NCBI GenBank assembly: GCA_024277705.1
Contig: JAJRUQ010000013.1
Span: 1-55,894 of the forward strand
Length of the DNA: 55,894 bases
Origin: Gammaproteobacteria bacterium
GTDB taxonomy: Bacteria; Pseudomonadota; Gammaproteobacteria; SZUA-229
Direction of reading: 5' to 3'
Both the position numbers and the translations under genes were made by a program. Position 1 is the stretch's first letter. Each line of letters begins with the position of its first letter. The notes beneath the pieces are model-generated. The model did not search any database, had not been told where the DNA came from, and was given only the letters and a program-made list of their open reading frames with translations. Shown here one piece after another: positions 29,809 through 40,321 of the stretch.

Positions 29809-30348
29809 ATGAAGCTGATAATCCTGGATAGAGATGGCGTTATTAATCATGATTCGGATGCCTACATAAAAAGTCCGGAAGAATGGTTGCCCATTGATGG
29901 CAGTCTTGAAGCTATCGCACGATTAAATCATGGCGGTTATACGGTTGTTGTTGCCAGCAACCAGTCCGGGCTGGCGCGTAAATATTTTGATATAGATGCC
30001 TTGACCGAAATGCATAAAAAAATGGATAACCTGCTGGCGAAGCTCGGTGGCCGGGTGGATGCGGTTTTTTATTGTCCGCATGGTCCCAAAGATGGCTGTG
30101 ATTGCCGTAAGCCAAAACCCGGAATGCTGCTGGAAATTGGTCAGCGATTTAATGTGCCGTTAAAAGACGTTGTTTTTATTGGTGACAGCATCTCGGATAT
30201 TAAAGCAGCGAGTAATGCCAGTGCGCAGGCGATGCTGGTACGCACTGGAAAAGGGGTGAAGGCTGAAAAAATAATACAGCTGGAATGTAAAGAGGTCGTG
30301 CCGGTGTACGATAATTTAGCGGCCGCAGTCACTGCAATATTGCAGTAG
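29809..30348 (+). CDS. gmhB: D-glycero-D-manno-heptose 1,7-bisphosphate phosphatase
   Basis: LDRDGVIN, SNQSG, CPH...CDCRKPKPGM. Confidence 0.93.
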   Translation: MKLIILDRDGVINHDSDAYIKSPEEWLPIDGSLEAIARLNHGGYTVVVASNQSGLARKYFDIDALTEMHKKMDNLLAKLGGRVDAVFYCPHGPKDGCDCRKPKPGMLLEIGQRFNVPLKDVVFIGDSISDIKAASNASAQAMLVRTGKGVKAEKIIQLECKEVVPVYDNLAAAVTAILQ

Positions 30349-30365
30349 TAAATCAGGGTTTTTTT

Positions 30366-31106
30366 ATGTTATCGGTACCTGTTTTGTTTTTACGTTCACT
30401 GTTGTTCTGGATCGGTTTTATTGTGAACACGGCAATTTTTGGCGTAATTATCGTGTTATGTTTTTTTACGCCATCAGCATTTCGCTTGAAAATCGCACGT
30501 TTGTGGTCGGTGCTCAACAGTTTTTTGTTAAAAATCACCTGTGGCATTGATTACCGGATTAGTGGTCTGGAAAATCTGAATGTTGATACCGCAATTATTT
30601 TAAGCAAGCATCAATCTACCTGGGAAACGCTGGCATTACATGCTTTTACGCCTTCCGTGCGCTGGGTCTTTAAACGTGAACTGATGTTGATCCCTGTTTT
30701 TGGCTGGGCGCTGGCATTAACTGATCCTATCGCTATTAATCGTGGTGCCGGCAGAGCAGCGATAAAGCAGTTAATTGCTGAGGGCACCAAGAAGCTGAAT
30801 GACGGGAAATGGCTGGTTCTGTTTCCCGAAGGAACGCGGACCTCGCCCGGAAAAACTCATAAATATAAAATTGGTGGTGCTTTACTGGCTGAGAAAAGTG
30901 GTTATCCGGTAATCCCGATTGCTCATAATGCCGGTGAGTTCTGGCCGAAGCACAGTTTTATAAAATGGCCGGGCACGATTGATGTCGTGATTGGCCCGGC
31001 GATTACGTCAAAAGGCAGATCGGCGGAAGAAATTAATACGGATGTTTTTAACTGGATAGAAACCACCATGAAAGAGATCAGTGATGAGTCTCGCTGGAAT
31101 CGTTAA
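30366..31106 (+). CDS. plsC: 1-acyl-sn-glycerol-3-phosphate acyltransferase
   Basis: KHQSTWET, FPEGTR; follows glyQS-gmhB. Confidence 0.88.
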   Translation: MLSVPVLFLRSLLFWIGFIVNTAIFGVIIVLCFFTPSAFRLKIARLWSVLNSFLLKITCGIDYRISGLENLNVDTAIILSKHQSTWETLALHAFTPSVRWVFKRELMLIPVFGWALALTDPIAINRGAGRAAIKQLIAEGTKKLNDGKWLVLFPEGTRTSPGKTHKYKIGGALLAEKSGYPVIPIAHNAGEFWPKHSFIKWPGTIDVVIGPAITSKGRSAEEINTDVFNWIETTMKEISDESRWNR

Positions 31107-31181
31107 GGCAGCTGTAATAATGAATCAGAGGTGCCTGAAGTTAACGGAGTCGGCCGGCTTTTCGTGGCATAAAAGATGCGG

Positions 31182-31952
31182 TTAAATCTTAAACAGCTGT
31201 TTCGCGTTTAAAGTGGTCTGCTGTGCAATGAGGTCTACCGGTTGTTTTCTTAATGCCGCAATTGCTGCCAGTGTATTGCTTAGAAAAGCCGGTTCATTTC
31301 TGTTGCCCTGATGGATTCTGTCCGGCTGGTCCGGTGCATCGGTTTCAATGAGCAGTGATGTTAACGGGATACTGCTGGCAACATGCCTGATTTTTTTTGC
31401 CTGCTCATAAGTTACACTGCCACTGATACTGATATAAAAGTCTAAATCTATCAGTTGCCTCGCCTGTTCGGCACTGCCCGAATAGCTGTGAATCATGCCG
31501 CTCAGATATTTATATTTTTTGATGGATTGAATCACTGTCTCGGTAGCATTCACCGCATGAATAATAACCGGCAGTTGTTGAGCCTGCGCAATCGTTAACT
31601 GTGCTTCAAAAAAATATAACTGGTGTTTTTTATCTGCCTGGGTGTCTCGAAAATCGAGTCCGCATTCGCCGATTGCAATTGCTGAATGTGAATTGATGTA
31701 TTGATCAAGCTCGGCAAGGTCGCTGTCTTTATGCTGGCTGAGCCAGTAGGGGTGAAGGCCGTAAGCGGGGTGCAGCATGGCATGGCTGTTACTTAAAGCG
31801 GTGATTCTTTGCCAGTATTTTTTCTCTGTACCGGGGATAATAATATCCCGGATATTCTGTTTTTTTGCACGTTGTAATACACTTTCGAAGTCGTCTGCAA
31901 AAACCTTGAAGTCGAGGTGGCAGTGAGCATCAATAAGCGGTTTGCTGGTCAT
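31182..31952 (-). CDS. TatD-family hydrolase
   Basis: DAHCHLD, GLHP, IGECGLD, ETDAP. Confidence 0.92.
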   Translation of the reverse strand: MTSKPLIDAHCHLDFKVFADDFESVLQRAKKQNIRDIIIPGTEKKYWQRITALSNSHAMLHPAYGLHPYWLSQHKDSDLAELDQYINSHSAIAIGECGLDFRDTQADKKHQLYFFEAQLTIAQAQQLPVIIHAVNATETVIQSIKKYKYLSGMIHSYSGSAEQARQLIDLDFYISISGSVTYEQAKKIRHVASSIPLTSLLIETDAPDQPDRIHQGNRNEPAFLSNTLAAIAALRKQPVDLIAQQTTLNAKQLFKI

Positions 31953-31981
31953 GGTATATAGTATTGCTGGTTTTTACGCAT

Positions 31982-32012
31982 AAAAAAAGCCAGCTGTGGT
32001 ATGCAGCTGGCT
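31982..32012 (-). terminator. Intrinsic terminator after prk
   Basis: Minus strand AGCCAGCTG-loop-CAGCTGGCTTTTTTT. Confidence 0.85.
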
Positions 32013-32052
32013 CTTCTCAATGGTGATTAGCACCGATGTGCCGGGTTAGCCG

Positions 32053-32931
32053 TTATTTTTTTGAATCGGTAATCATTTGATGAATGATTGGCGTTAATAT
32101 CAGCTCCATAGCAAATCCCATTTTACCGCCGGGTACAACAATGGTATTGCGGCGTGACATGAAAGAGTGTGGAATCATGTCCAGTAAATCAGGGAAATTA
32201 ATAGCAAATTTTTCCGGTTCTCTAAAGCGGATAACAATAAAACTTTCATCCGGTGTTGGAATATCACGAGCGATAAATGGATTAGAGGTATCAACGGTTG
32301 AAATACGCTGGAAGTTGATGTCGGTACGTGAGAACTGCGGGGTAATGTATTTTACATAATCATTCATGCGGCGAAGAATGGTGTCAACAATGACTTCTTC
32401 AGAATAACCACGTTCCGCATTATCACGATGAATTTTCTGTATCCACTCAAGGTTGACGCTGGGTACAACACCAACCAGTAAATCAACATGTTTGGCGACA
32501 TCGGCAGTTTCGGTGACCACACCACCGTGCAGGCCTTCATAAAACATAATGTCAGAGTCTGTGGGAATATCTTCCCATGGTGTGAATTGTCCGGGTGTTA
32601 AGCCATCGTAGGCAGCCGCTTCTTCGTCACTGTGCAGATATAAACGTTTCTGGCCGCCACCGTTTGTGCCGTAGCTGCTAAACAGTTCTTCCAGTTTGTC
32701 AAACAGGTTGGCTTCTTCGCCAAAGTGGCTGAAATGATTATTGCCTTCAGCTTCTGCAGCGGTCATGGCTTCTTTCATTGCGGCACGGTCATAACGGTGG
32801 AAGCTGTCGCCTTCAATAATAACCGGGTTAATTTTCTCGCGAGTGAAAATTTGCTCAAATGCGTGTTTTACCGTTGAGGTGCCTGCGCCGGATGAACCGG
32901 TGACAACAACAATAGGGTGTTTTTGAGACAT
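32053..32931 (-). CDS. prkB: Phosphoribulokinase (proteobacterial type)
   Basis: TGSSGAGT, EGDSFHRYDR, YEGLHG, QKIHRD; ATG 32931 with AGGAG RBS. Confidence 0.93.
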   Translation of the reverse strand: MSQKHPIVVVTGSSGAGTSTVKHAFEQIFTREKINPVIIEGDSFHRYDRAAMKEAMTAAEAEGNNHFSHFGEEANLFDKLEELFSSYGTNGGGQKRLYLHSDEEAAAYDGLTPGQFTPWEDIPTDSDIMFYEGLHGGVVTETADVAKHVDLLVGVVPSVNLEWIQKIHRDNAERGYSEEVIVDTILRRMNDYVKYITPQFSRTDINFQRISTVDTSNPFIARDIPTPDESFIVIRFREPEKFAINFPDLLDMIPHSFMSRRNTIVVPGGKMGFAMELILTPIIHQMITDSKK

Positions 32932-33059
32932 GTTTATTCTCCTAATATTACAAAAATTCTGTGTGGCAGGCAGTGCGCGGGCAGGCTGCTGTGCTGAAAA
33001 GGTCGTTATTGTATCCTTTTTTACACAAATATAACAATTCAACGCTTAAATCCGGCAAA

Positions 33060-33785
33060 TTATTGTTTGCTGTAGATTAAATCCCAGACCCCGTGGCCAA
33101 GCCGGATGCCGCGGCGTTCAAATTTGGTTTCGCAACGATCACCGGTATCGGGTGAGTAGTTGCCGGTGCCGGCAGTATTGATAAACCCGGGTGCCTGATC
33201 CATTTGCTGCAACATCTGCCGGGCATAGTGTTGCCAGTCGGTCGCCATGTGAAAAAGACCACCGGGCTGCAGTTTGCGGTGAATCAGCTGAATAAAGTCC
33301 GGGCTGATAATGCGGCGTTTATGGTGGCGTTTTTTGTGCCAGGGATCGGGAAAAAAAAGCTGACATTTGTACACAGTGTTATCTGCAATCTGGTGTTTTA
33401 ACACATCAACGGCATCATGGCGGATGATTTTTATATTATGAACCTGTTGTGTCTGGGCCTTATGTATCAGGTGACCGATGCCCGGGCCGTGCACTTCGAT
33501 ACCGATAAAATTGTAGTCAGGCTGGTTGATAGCCTGTTGTAGCAGTGATTCACCATTACCAAAACCAATTTCCAGAACCACCTCGTGAGTATCGGCAAAC
33601 TGTTCATGCAGGGCTAAAGGCTGTTCTGTATATTCAATACCGTAGTCCTGCCAGTGATGGTCCAGCGCATTCTGCTGGGCCACGGTCAATCGTCCCTGGC
33701 GCAAGACAAAGCTTTTAATGTCCCGGTGACGATGGTTGCCGCCCGGCACCGGTTTGTGTGATGAACTATCGGCTGACACGATCAA
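33060..33785 (-). CDS. trmB: tRNA (guanine-N7)-methyltransferase
   Basis: LEIGFGNG, FFPDPWHKKRH, ATDW, TKFERRG; exact start uncertain. Confidence 0.95.
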   Translation of the reverse strand: MIVSADSSSHKPVPGGNHRHRDIKSFVLRQGRLTVAQQNALDHHWQDYGIEYTEQPLALHEQFADTHEVVLEIGFGNGESLLQQAINQPDYNFIGIEVHGPGIGHLIHKAQTQQVHNIKIIRHDAVDVLKHQIADNTVYKCQLFFPDPWHKKRHHKRRIISPDFIQLIHRKLQPGGLFHMATDWQHYARQMLQQMDQAPGFINTAGTGNYSPDTGDRCETKFERRGIRLGHGVWDLIYSKQ

Positions 33786-33836
33786 CTGCTGTGGTTAAAA
33801 AAGTAACAATCAGGGGTTTAAAGTTTTAGTGGTTCC

Positions 33837-34631
33837 TTAAAAAAAAGTGCCTTCTATCGGTGATGAGGCCGAGGCAAAACGTTTCTTCGGCATCCGGCCG
33901 GCAAGAAAAGCTTCACGGCCACCTTCAATGGCTTTTTTCATGGCCGAGGCCATAAGTACCGGTTGTTGTGCAGCTGCGATGGCGGTGTTCATTAATATGC
34001 CGTCACAGCCCAGTTCCATGGCAATAGCCGCATCAGAAGCGGTGCCGACGCCGGCATCAACTAAAATCGGTACTTCGGCATTTTCAATGATGGTCAGAAT
34101 ATTATATGGGTTGCGAATACCCAGACCGGAACCGATGGGGGCTGCCAGTGGCATAACCGCAATACAGCCGATATTTTCCAGCTCTTTGGCGATAAGCGGG
34201 TCGTCATTGGTGTAAACCATAACATCAAAACCATCATCGACCAGAATTTGTGCGGCTTTCAGTGTTTGCAGGGCATCTGGAAACAATGTTTTTTCATCGC
34301 CCAGTACCTCCAGTTTGACCAGTTTGTGGCCGTTAAGTAATTCACGTGCCAGTTTGCAGGTACGAACGGCGTCAGCAACGTTATAACAGCCGGCGGTATT
34401 GGGTAGCAGGGTATATTTATCCAGCGGCAGGATATCCAGCAGGTTGGGTTCATCGGGATTCTGGCCAATGTTGGTGCGGCGAATGGCAATGGTGATGATT
34501 TCAGCGCCGCTGGCTGCCAGTGCCTGTCGGGTTTCTTCATTATCCTTGTATTTGCCGGTACCGACCAGTAAACGTGAATGATAGTGCTTGCCGGCGATAA
34601 CCAGCGGGGTGTCTGAATGAGTTTGTGACAT
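33837..34631 (-). CDS. thiG: Thiazole synthase
   Basis: [26 protein letters not shown]. Confidence 0.97.
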   Translation of the reverse strand: MSQTHSDTPLVIAGKHYHSRLLVGTGKYKDNEETRQALAASGAEIITIAIRRTNIGQNPDEPNLLDILPLDKYTLLPNTAGCYNVADAVRTCKLARELLNGHKLVKLEVLGDEKTLFPDALQTLKAAQILVDDGFDVMVYTNDDPLIAKELENIGCIAVMPLAAPIGSGLGIRNPYNILTIIENAEVPILVDAGVGTASDAAIAMELGCDGILMNTAIAAAQQPVLMASAMKKAIEGGREAFLAGRMPKKRFASASSPIEGTFF

Positions 34632-34723
34632 TATATTTGGCTGCAGAAAGTGTTAATTAAGAGGAATCAGTTGTTGTATCTAGTCTGTTGGCGGCTATTT
34701 TACGCGATTTTTAATGGTAGGGG

Positions 34724-34948
34724 TTAGCTTGTTGCTGTCATCGGGCTGCCGCCGCCAATGGCCTGAACAATTTCGACTTTATCCTGCTCTTTCAGGGTAA
34801 AACTGGAAAACTCACTACGTGAAATGATTTCCTGATTAACCTCAACAGCCAGGCGTGTATCTAGCATGTCAAGCATTGCCAGCAGCTGTGTAATATTGCA
34901 GTTGTTGTCTACTTCTGTATTTTTTCCGTTTAAAACAATCGTCTTCAT
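34724..34948 (-). CDS. thiS: Sulfur carrier protein ThiS with a 7-residue C-terminal extension
   Basis: AVEVNQEII...L...DKVEIVQAIGGG followed by SPMTATS; upstream of thiG. Confidence 0.9.
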   Translation of the reverse strand: MKTIVLNGKNTEVDNNCNITQLLAMLDMLDTRLAVEVNQEIISRSEFSSFTLKEQDKVEIVQAIGGGSPMTATS

Positions 34949-35163
34949 TTGTGTTTTCCTGTATCAGGTTCAGTGCCTGCTTAAATATGGAGTTATTATG
35001 TCATTTCGACATACAAAGCTGAAAATAAAAAATATTGTGCTATAGATTTACAAAATAATAATATAAATCTGTAACTTTTATAATTTATTAAGTCATTTTA
35101 TTACAATTGAACCAGTAAGTTCTTGTAACGGTATTATAGTGAATGTTGATTTGGGATAATTTT

Positions 35164-36201
35164 ATGTTTAAGCAGTTGTTTGCCGCTTTTATAGTGTTGT
35201 GTTGTTTTAGTTTTAATGTTGTAGCGATGAAAGGAGATAATCCGTTTGCAAAAAATGAGGTTATCAATATTGGTAAGGACATCAATTGGCGCATAGATAA
35301 ATCGTCGGGGCAGGCATCTAAAACAGTGAGTGATGATAATGGCAGTTATTATCATCTGTATTTTGATAATAAGCAGCTGAGATTATCGATTAGTAAAGAT
35401 GTTGCTGGAGCCAGAGCTAAATCGTTTAACCAGCTAGAAGTCAAGGATGTACGGATAGACGGTAAACAGGTGCCATTATTTAAATGGTGCTTGAAGAATC
35501 AGGAGCGCCATAATCGTTTTTTACAGCAGGGCTTAATGGTTAAAAAAGATATTTGTGTGATTAATGGTGAAAATGGCACGTTTATCATGCGTTTAAACAA
35601 AGAAACGCTGGTTTCACTGCAAACGGCGGATAGCCTGTTGATAATGCTTAAGCCTTTCAGAAAACCTTTGGAACTGGATTATGATATCAGTGATTTCAGC
35701 GTGATGCAGGCACAGTTGAATTCAGTCCCTGAAAAACCGGCAGCAGTGGTGGCAGTGGCAGCACCAGCACCGGTAGCTAAAGTTGTTGAAAAATGTCTGG
35801 TTAAGCCGCCTTCAGCCTATAAAAAAATCAAACCATTGGAATATACCTGTAGTGATGTAAGCTCGAAAATGCAGGCAGAAAGAAAAATGGCTGCCAAGGT
35901 TGATAAAGAAAAGGAGAAACAGAATAAACTGGCGGCAGAAAAAGAAAAACAGCGCAAGCTTGCTGAGCAGAAAAAACAGGAAGAGCTGGCTTTAAAGCTG
36001 GAGCAGGAAAAATTACTGGCAGCTGAAGCCGTTGCTATTGCGGCAAGTGAAGCCAAACAAACGGAGTTAAACAATGAAATAACGCAAAAAATGCTCAAGG
36101 TCTGTAGAAAATACTGGGACAAAGGTGAGCATCGCTGTTATTGCCAGAAATACATTGAACATGCACCTGCCAGTATCCAGGCCAGTTCAACATGTAAATA
36201 G
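35164..36201 (+). CDS. Exported hypothetical protein with K/E-rich coiled coil and Cys-rich tail
   Basis: Signal-peptide-like N-terminus, EKEKQ repeats, C-terminal C-x9-CYC...C. Confidence 0.75.
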   Translation: MFKQLFAAFIVLCCFSFNVVAMKGDNPFAKNEVINIGKDINWRIDKSSGQASKTVSDDNGSYYHLYFDNKQLRLSISKDVAGARAKSFNQLEVKDVRIDGKQVPLFKWCLKNQERHNRFLQQGLMVKKDICVINGENGTFIMRLNKETLVSLQTADSLLIMLKPFRKPLELDYDISDFSVMQAQLNSVPEKPAAVVAVAAPAPVAKVVEKCLVKPPSAYKKIKPLEYTCSDVSSKMQAERKMAAKVDKEKEKQNKLAAEKEKQRKLAEQKKQEELALKLEQEKLLAAEAVAIAASEAKQTELNNEITQKMLKVCRKYWDKGEHRCYCQKYIEHAPASIQASSTCK

Positions 36202-36552
36202 GGCTTTTCCATACTGGCGGTATAATCCGTTATCTTTCTTCTGTAATATAAAGCAAGGGTATGGAAATGCCGTTGCTTTTTTTTGTGCAGTAGTTCAGTC
36301 TTGACCGGGCTGGTGGAAGCTCGATATTAAAAACAGTTTTACCGCAAAGGGGCGAAAGAGGCTAAGGACAAACAAAAGAATACAGTGTTCTGTGCGTATA
36401 ACGCGTACAAAAAAGTTTTTTTGCGCCCTTCGTGGAAAATAATCTTTTGACTTTTTGTTCGTTAATGGCCATTTGGCGTCATTACTGTCTGTTACTCCGT
36501 TGAAAGTTGATGTCATAAGCTCATTATGATGTTTGAGCCAGTAATTTATATT

Positions 36553-38208
36553 ATGAAAAAATTAATTTTCCCTCGATTATTATGTATTCTGCTTCTTGGC
36601 GTATCTGTTTTTGGCAGCGCTTATGCGGCCGATGTAGAAACGCCGACCTTAAAAGAACTGGCTGAACGTAAGGGTGCGGATGAAGAAACACTTAAAAAGC
36701 TTAGTGAAGCACCGGTGGCGGGGCCTTATGACGAATATAATCGTACAACCCCGAGGTCAAGTCTGATTGCGCTGAGCCAGGCGATTCAGGATAAGGATTT
36801 TCAGCGAGCCGTGCATTATCTTGATTTACGCTATCTACCCTTTGCGGTGGATCATGAGGTGGATGGCCCGGAGTTGATTCGAAAATTAACCATTGTTGCC
36901 CGTCGTGCGATGGATATCGATATAGGGGCATTGAGTGATGACCCGAAAGGGCATAAAGATGATGGCCTGCCCAGTTATCGGGATCGTATTACAACGGTAA
37001 AAACCAAAGATGGTCCGGTTGATATTCTGATGCAGCGAGTCCCTCGTGGCGATGGTGTATTCATCTGGAAAATATCGAATGCGACTATTGCCATGATTCC
37101 GGCACTGGACAAAGAATTTGGTTACGGTTACATCGGCGAAAAACTATCGCATTTTTTTCCTGAATATGAACTCGCCGGTTTTGAGTTATGGCAGTTAGTA
37201 ATGCTGGCAGGAATATTTCTGAGCGGTTACCTTGTCTCTTTTATTATCACCACTGTGCTGGTAAAAGTATCGCAGAAAAACAGGCGGCTTAATAAAAAAC
37301 GTCTGCAAAAATTTATTACCGGGCCGTTGCGTTTTCTTATTATTATTCTTATTTATCGTTTTTCTTTCGATATGATATCGCCATCGATTATTGCAAAAGC
37401 ACTGTTTGAGGCAAGAACACTGGTGATTGTTTCTGCGCTGTGGATAGCATTGGGCATTGTTGAATTAATCGTTTATCGGCTGGCTGACCGAATGCGGCGA
37501 AATGGTCAGGAAGACGCGGTGGTGCTGCTAAAGCCGGCGGCTACCGGTACAAAATTATTACTGGTTTTATTTGCCATTATTTCATGGATGGATAATTTAG
37601 GTTACGAAGTAACAACCCTGCTGGCTGGCCTCGGTGTCGGTGGTGTTGCGGTGGCGCTGGCAGCACAAAAGTCACTGGAAAATCTGATCGGCTCGATTAC
37701 CATTTATGCCTCGCAGCCGGTAAAGGTAGGTGATTTCTGTCAGTTCGGGAAATATCTGGGCACGGTTGAAGAAATCGGTTTGCGTGAAACGCAGTTGCGT
37801 ACGCTGGCCCGCACGGTAGTACATATTCCTAATGCATTATTTGCTTCAGCAGAAATTGAAAATTTAACGCAGCGCGACAAAATTTTATACCGTACCCGAT
37901 TGCGTCTGTCTTATGAAGAGGCCCCCGCGCAGATTAAAATGGTGTTGCAGAATATTCGTCAGATGATTGATCAGCATGAGTTTATTGATGAGCAGGACTC
38001 CAGAGTCCGTTTTATCGAATACGGTGAATATGCGCAGGAACTGGAACTGTACGTTTATATTAAAACACAGGTTTTCGTAGAGTATCTGGAACACCGTGAA
38101 GATATTAACTTGCGCATCAGCGAAATTGTTGAAGACGCAGGTGTGAAACTGGTTATACCAGCAAGAACTTCCTATATAAAAGAACTGTCAGATGCGCCGG
38201 TAACATAA
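36553..38208 (+). CDS. MscS-family mechanosensitive channel with periplasmic domain
   Basis: LLAGLGVGGVAVALAAQ, VGDFC...GTVEEIGLR. Confidence 0.9.
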   Translation: MKKLIFPRLLCILLLGVSVFGSAYAADVETPTLKELAERKGADEETLKKLSEAPVAGPYDEYNRTTPRSSLIALSQAIQDKDFQRAVHYLDLRYLPFAVDHEVDGPELIRKLTIVARRAMDIDIGALSDDPKGHKDDGLPSYRDRITTVKTKDGPVDILMQRVPRGDGVFIWKISNATIAMIPALDKEFGYGYIGEKLSHFFPEYELAGFELWQLVMLAGIFLSGYLVSFIITTVLVKVSQKNRRLNKKRLQKFITGPLRFLIIILIYRFSFDMISPSIIAKALFEARTLVIVSALWIALGIVELIVYRLADRMRRNGQEDAVVLLKPAATGTKLLLVLFAIISWMDNLGYEVTTLLAGLGVGGVAVALAAQKSLENLIGSITIYASQPVKVGDFCQFGKYLGTVEEIGLRETQLRTLARTVVHIPNALFASAEIENLTQRDKILYRTRLRLSYEEAPAQIKMVLQNIRQMIDQHEFIDEQDSRVRFIEYGEYAQELELYVYIKTQVFVEYLEHREDINLRISEIVEDAGVKLVIPARTSYIKELSDAPVT

Positions 38209-38232
38209 TGGCCCGTTTGATGTGTAAAAAAC

Positions 38233-39318
38233 ATGCCTGATTGCATAGTCGTTGGCGGTGGCGCCATTGGTTTATTAACCGCCCGGCAATTGTTTTTACA
38301 GGGCGTTGATGTGTTGCTGCTGGAAAAGGGGGCGCTGGGCGGTGAGTCATCCTGGGCGGGCGGGGGTATTATTTCTCCGCTATATCCCTGGCGTTATGAT
38401 GATGCAGTCAACCGGCTGGCAGAGCGCAGCAAGCAGATTTACCCGGTATTAAATGAAACCCTGCTTGCTGAAACCGGGGTTGATAGCCAGCTGATTAACA
38501 GTGGTTTGTTTACCGTTACCGAGGCATCAGTAGAGATTGATGACTGGGCAAAAAAATGGTCGGTTGACGCTGCTTTTATTGATGATGTTGTCGCCATCCA
38601 TGATATCGAAAAAACAGCGGGCGCAGCTGTTGATAAAGGCATCTGGATGCCCGATATTTTACAAATCAGAAACCCGTTGTTTGTAAAGGCATTAAAAGCC
38701 AGTTTTGACCATCATTCGATTGCCTACCATGAAAATACGGCGGTCGAGGATTTTATTATAAACAATAATAAAGTTAGCGGTGTAAAAACCCGGCAGCGTA
38801 ACTATATGGCGGATAAGGTTATTATTGCCAGTGGCGCATGGAGTGGTCAGTTTAGTATTACAAAATCATCAGTGAATGTGTTACCGGTAAAAGGCCAGAT
38901 GATTATGTATAAAGGCGAACCGGGCCTGATAAAACGTATTATCTTGTCAGAAGGACATTACATTATTCCCCGAAAAGATGGTCGTGTACTGGCCGGCAGC
39001 ACACTGGAAAAAATCGGTTTTGATAAAAATATATCGGATGCAGCGCATGATGAATTACATCATGCGGCGATTGAACTGGTGCCACTGCTGTCATCTCTGC
39101 CGATTGAGCGGCAGTGGGCCGGGCTACGGCCCGGTACAGAAAAAGGCATCCCTTATATCTGTCAGCATGATGAGATAGCAGGGCTGTATATCCATGCCGG
39201 GCATTTTAGAAATGGTATCGTATTAGGTGCGGCCTCAGCAGAGTTAATGGCCGATATTATTCTGGACAGAAAACCGGGGTTCAGCACAGCGCCTTATGGT
39301 ATGCAGGCACAGCATTAA
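38233..39318 (+). CDS. thiO: Glycine oxidase ThiO (DAO family)
   Basis: GGGAIG, SSWAGGGI, PVKGQ, WAGLRP, GHFRNG. Confidence 0.85.
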   Translation: MPDCIVVGGGAIGLLTARQLFLQGVDVLLLEKGALGGESSWAGGGIISPLYPWRYDDAVNRLAERSKQIYPVLNETLLAETGVDSQLINSGLFTVTEASVEIDDWAKKWSVDAAFIDDVVAIHDIEKTAGAAVDKGIWMPDILQIRNPLFVKALKASFDHHSIAYHENTAVEDFIINNNKVSGVKTRQRNYMADKVIIASGAWSGQFSITKSSVNVLPVKGQMIMYKGEPGLIKRIILSEGHYIIPRKDGRVLAGSTLEKIGFDKNISDAAHDELHHAAIELVPLLSSLPIERQWAGLRPGTEKGIPYICQHDEIAGLYIHAGHFRNGIVLGAASAELMADIILDRKPGFSTAPYGMQAQH

Positions 39319-39420
39319 GCCTGTTTGTTTTCATATGGGTATATTATGTGATGAACATTGCGTGATTTCAGCGCATAGCGAATGACAGAGGGTGTGTTGT
39401 GTTGCTAACATACGAGCCGC

Positions 39421-39497
39421 GCCGGAATAGCTCCAACTGGTAGAGCAAGTCACTCGTAATGACGAGGTTCGCGGTTCGATCCCGCGTTCCGGCACCA
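39421..39497 (+). tRNA. tRNA-Thr (anticodon CGT)
   Basis: Acceptor GCCGGAA/TTCCGGC+ACCA, D stem GCTC/GAGC, anticodon loop CTCGTAA, T arm CGCGG-TTCGATC-CCGCG. Confidence 0.95.
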
Positions 39498-39520
39498 ATT
39501 AGAAAGTTCTAACTGTTTTT

Positions 39521-40069
39521 TTAGAAATTCGGTTTTATCGGTGCTTCTTTATACATGGCAACGCTGGACATGATTTCTTCTTTGGCTTCATCAAGGTTGC
39601 CCCAGCCTTCAACGCGTACCCATTTGCCTTCGTCCAGATCTTTATAATGTTCAAAAAAATGTGCAATTTGATCGAGTAGCATGGGCTGCATATCGTCGAT
39701 GGTTTTTGCTTTTCGAAAGGACTTACACAGTTTGTCGATGGGTACGGCAAGAATTTTAGCGTCATCACCGGATTCATCGGTCATTTTCAATACCCCGACA
39801 GGGCGGCATTGAATGACTGAACCGGCAATCAATGGTACCGGCGTGGTAACCAGTACATCAACCGGATCACCGTCTTGAGACAGGGTATGCGGTACATAGC
39901 CATAGTTGCATGGATAATGCATGGCGGTACTCATGAAACGATCAACAAACATGGCGCCGGTTTCTTTATCAACTTCATATTTAACCGGATCACTTAGTGC
40001 CGGTATTTCGATAATGACATTAATTTCGTCAGGTAGATTTTTGCCTGAGCTTACCCTGTCTAAATTCAT
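39521..40069 (-). CDS. ppa: Inorganic pyrophosphatase
   Basis: KYEVDK, YPCNYG, DGDPVD, HFFEHYK. Confidence 0.97.
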   Translation of the reverse strand: MNLDRVSSGKNLPDEINVIIEIPALSDPVKYEVDKETGAMFVDRFMSTAMHYPCNYGYVPHTLSQDGDPVDVLVTTPVPLIAGSVIQCRPVGVLKMTDESGDDAKILAVPIDKLCKSFRKAKTIDDMQPMLLDQIAHFFEHYKDLDEGKWVRVEGWGNLDEAKEEIMSSVAMYKEAPIKPNF

Positions 40070-40321
40070 AGTATGTTACCGTTAAGTCTTTATATAAATC
40101 TTTGTTAATACAGGTTTTAGTGTATTTTTTGTGTTATATAGTCTGCGTACAGTCAAATATTAAAGAGGCAGACTGCATGGATTTATGAGAATCAAGGCTA
40201 TTCTACACTTAGCTAAGCGGATAGATGCAAATATTCATAAAAAGTTGCCATTTATCCGGGATTATCCTCCCCTTGTCATTATCTGCTGGTAATTCTAAAT
40301 AACTGGTCTTAAATTAAACTT

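Noticed and set aside
34955-34990. TPP riboswitch upstream of thiS (minus strand TGAACCTGAT)
   Set aside because: Only a 10-nt match; the CTGAGA element and closing stems are absent.
39421-39520. Genomic island integrated at tRNA-Thr
   Set aside because: No integrase, no duplicated tRNA 3' end noticed, and ppa follows immediately.
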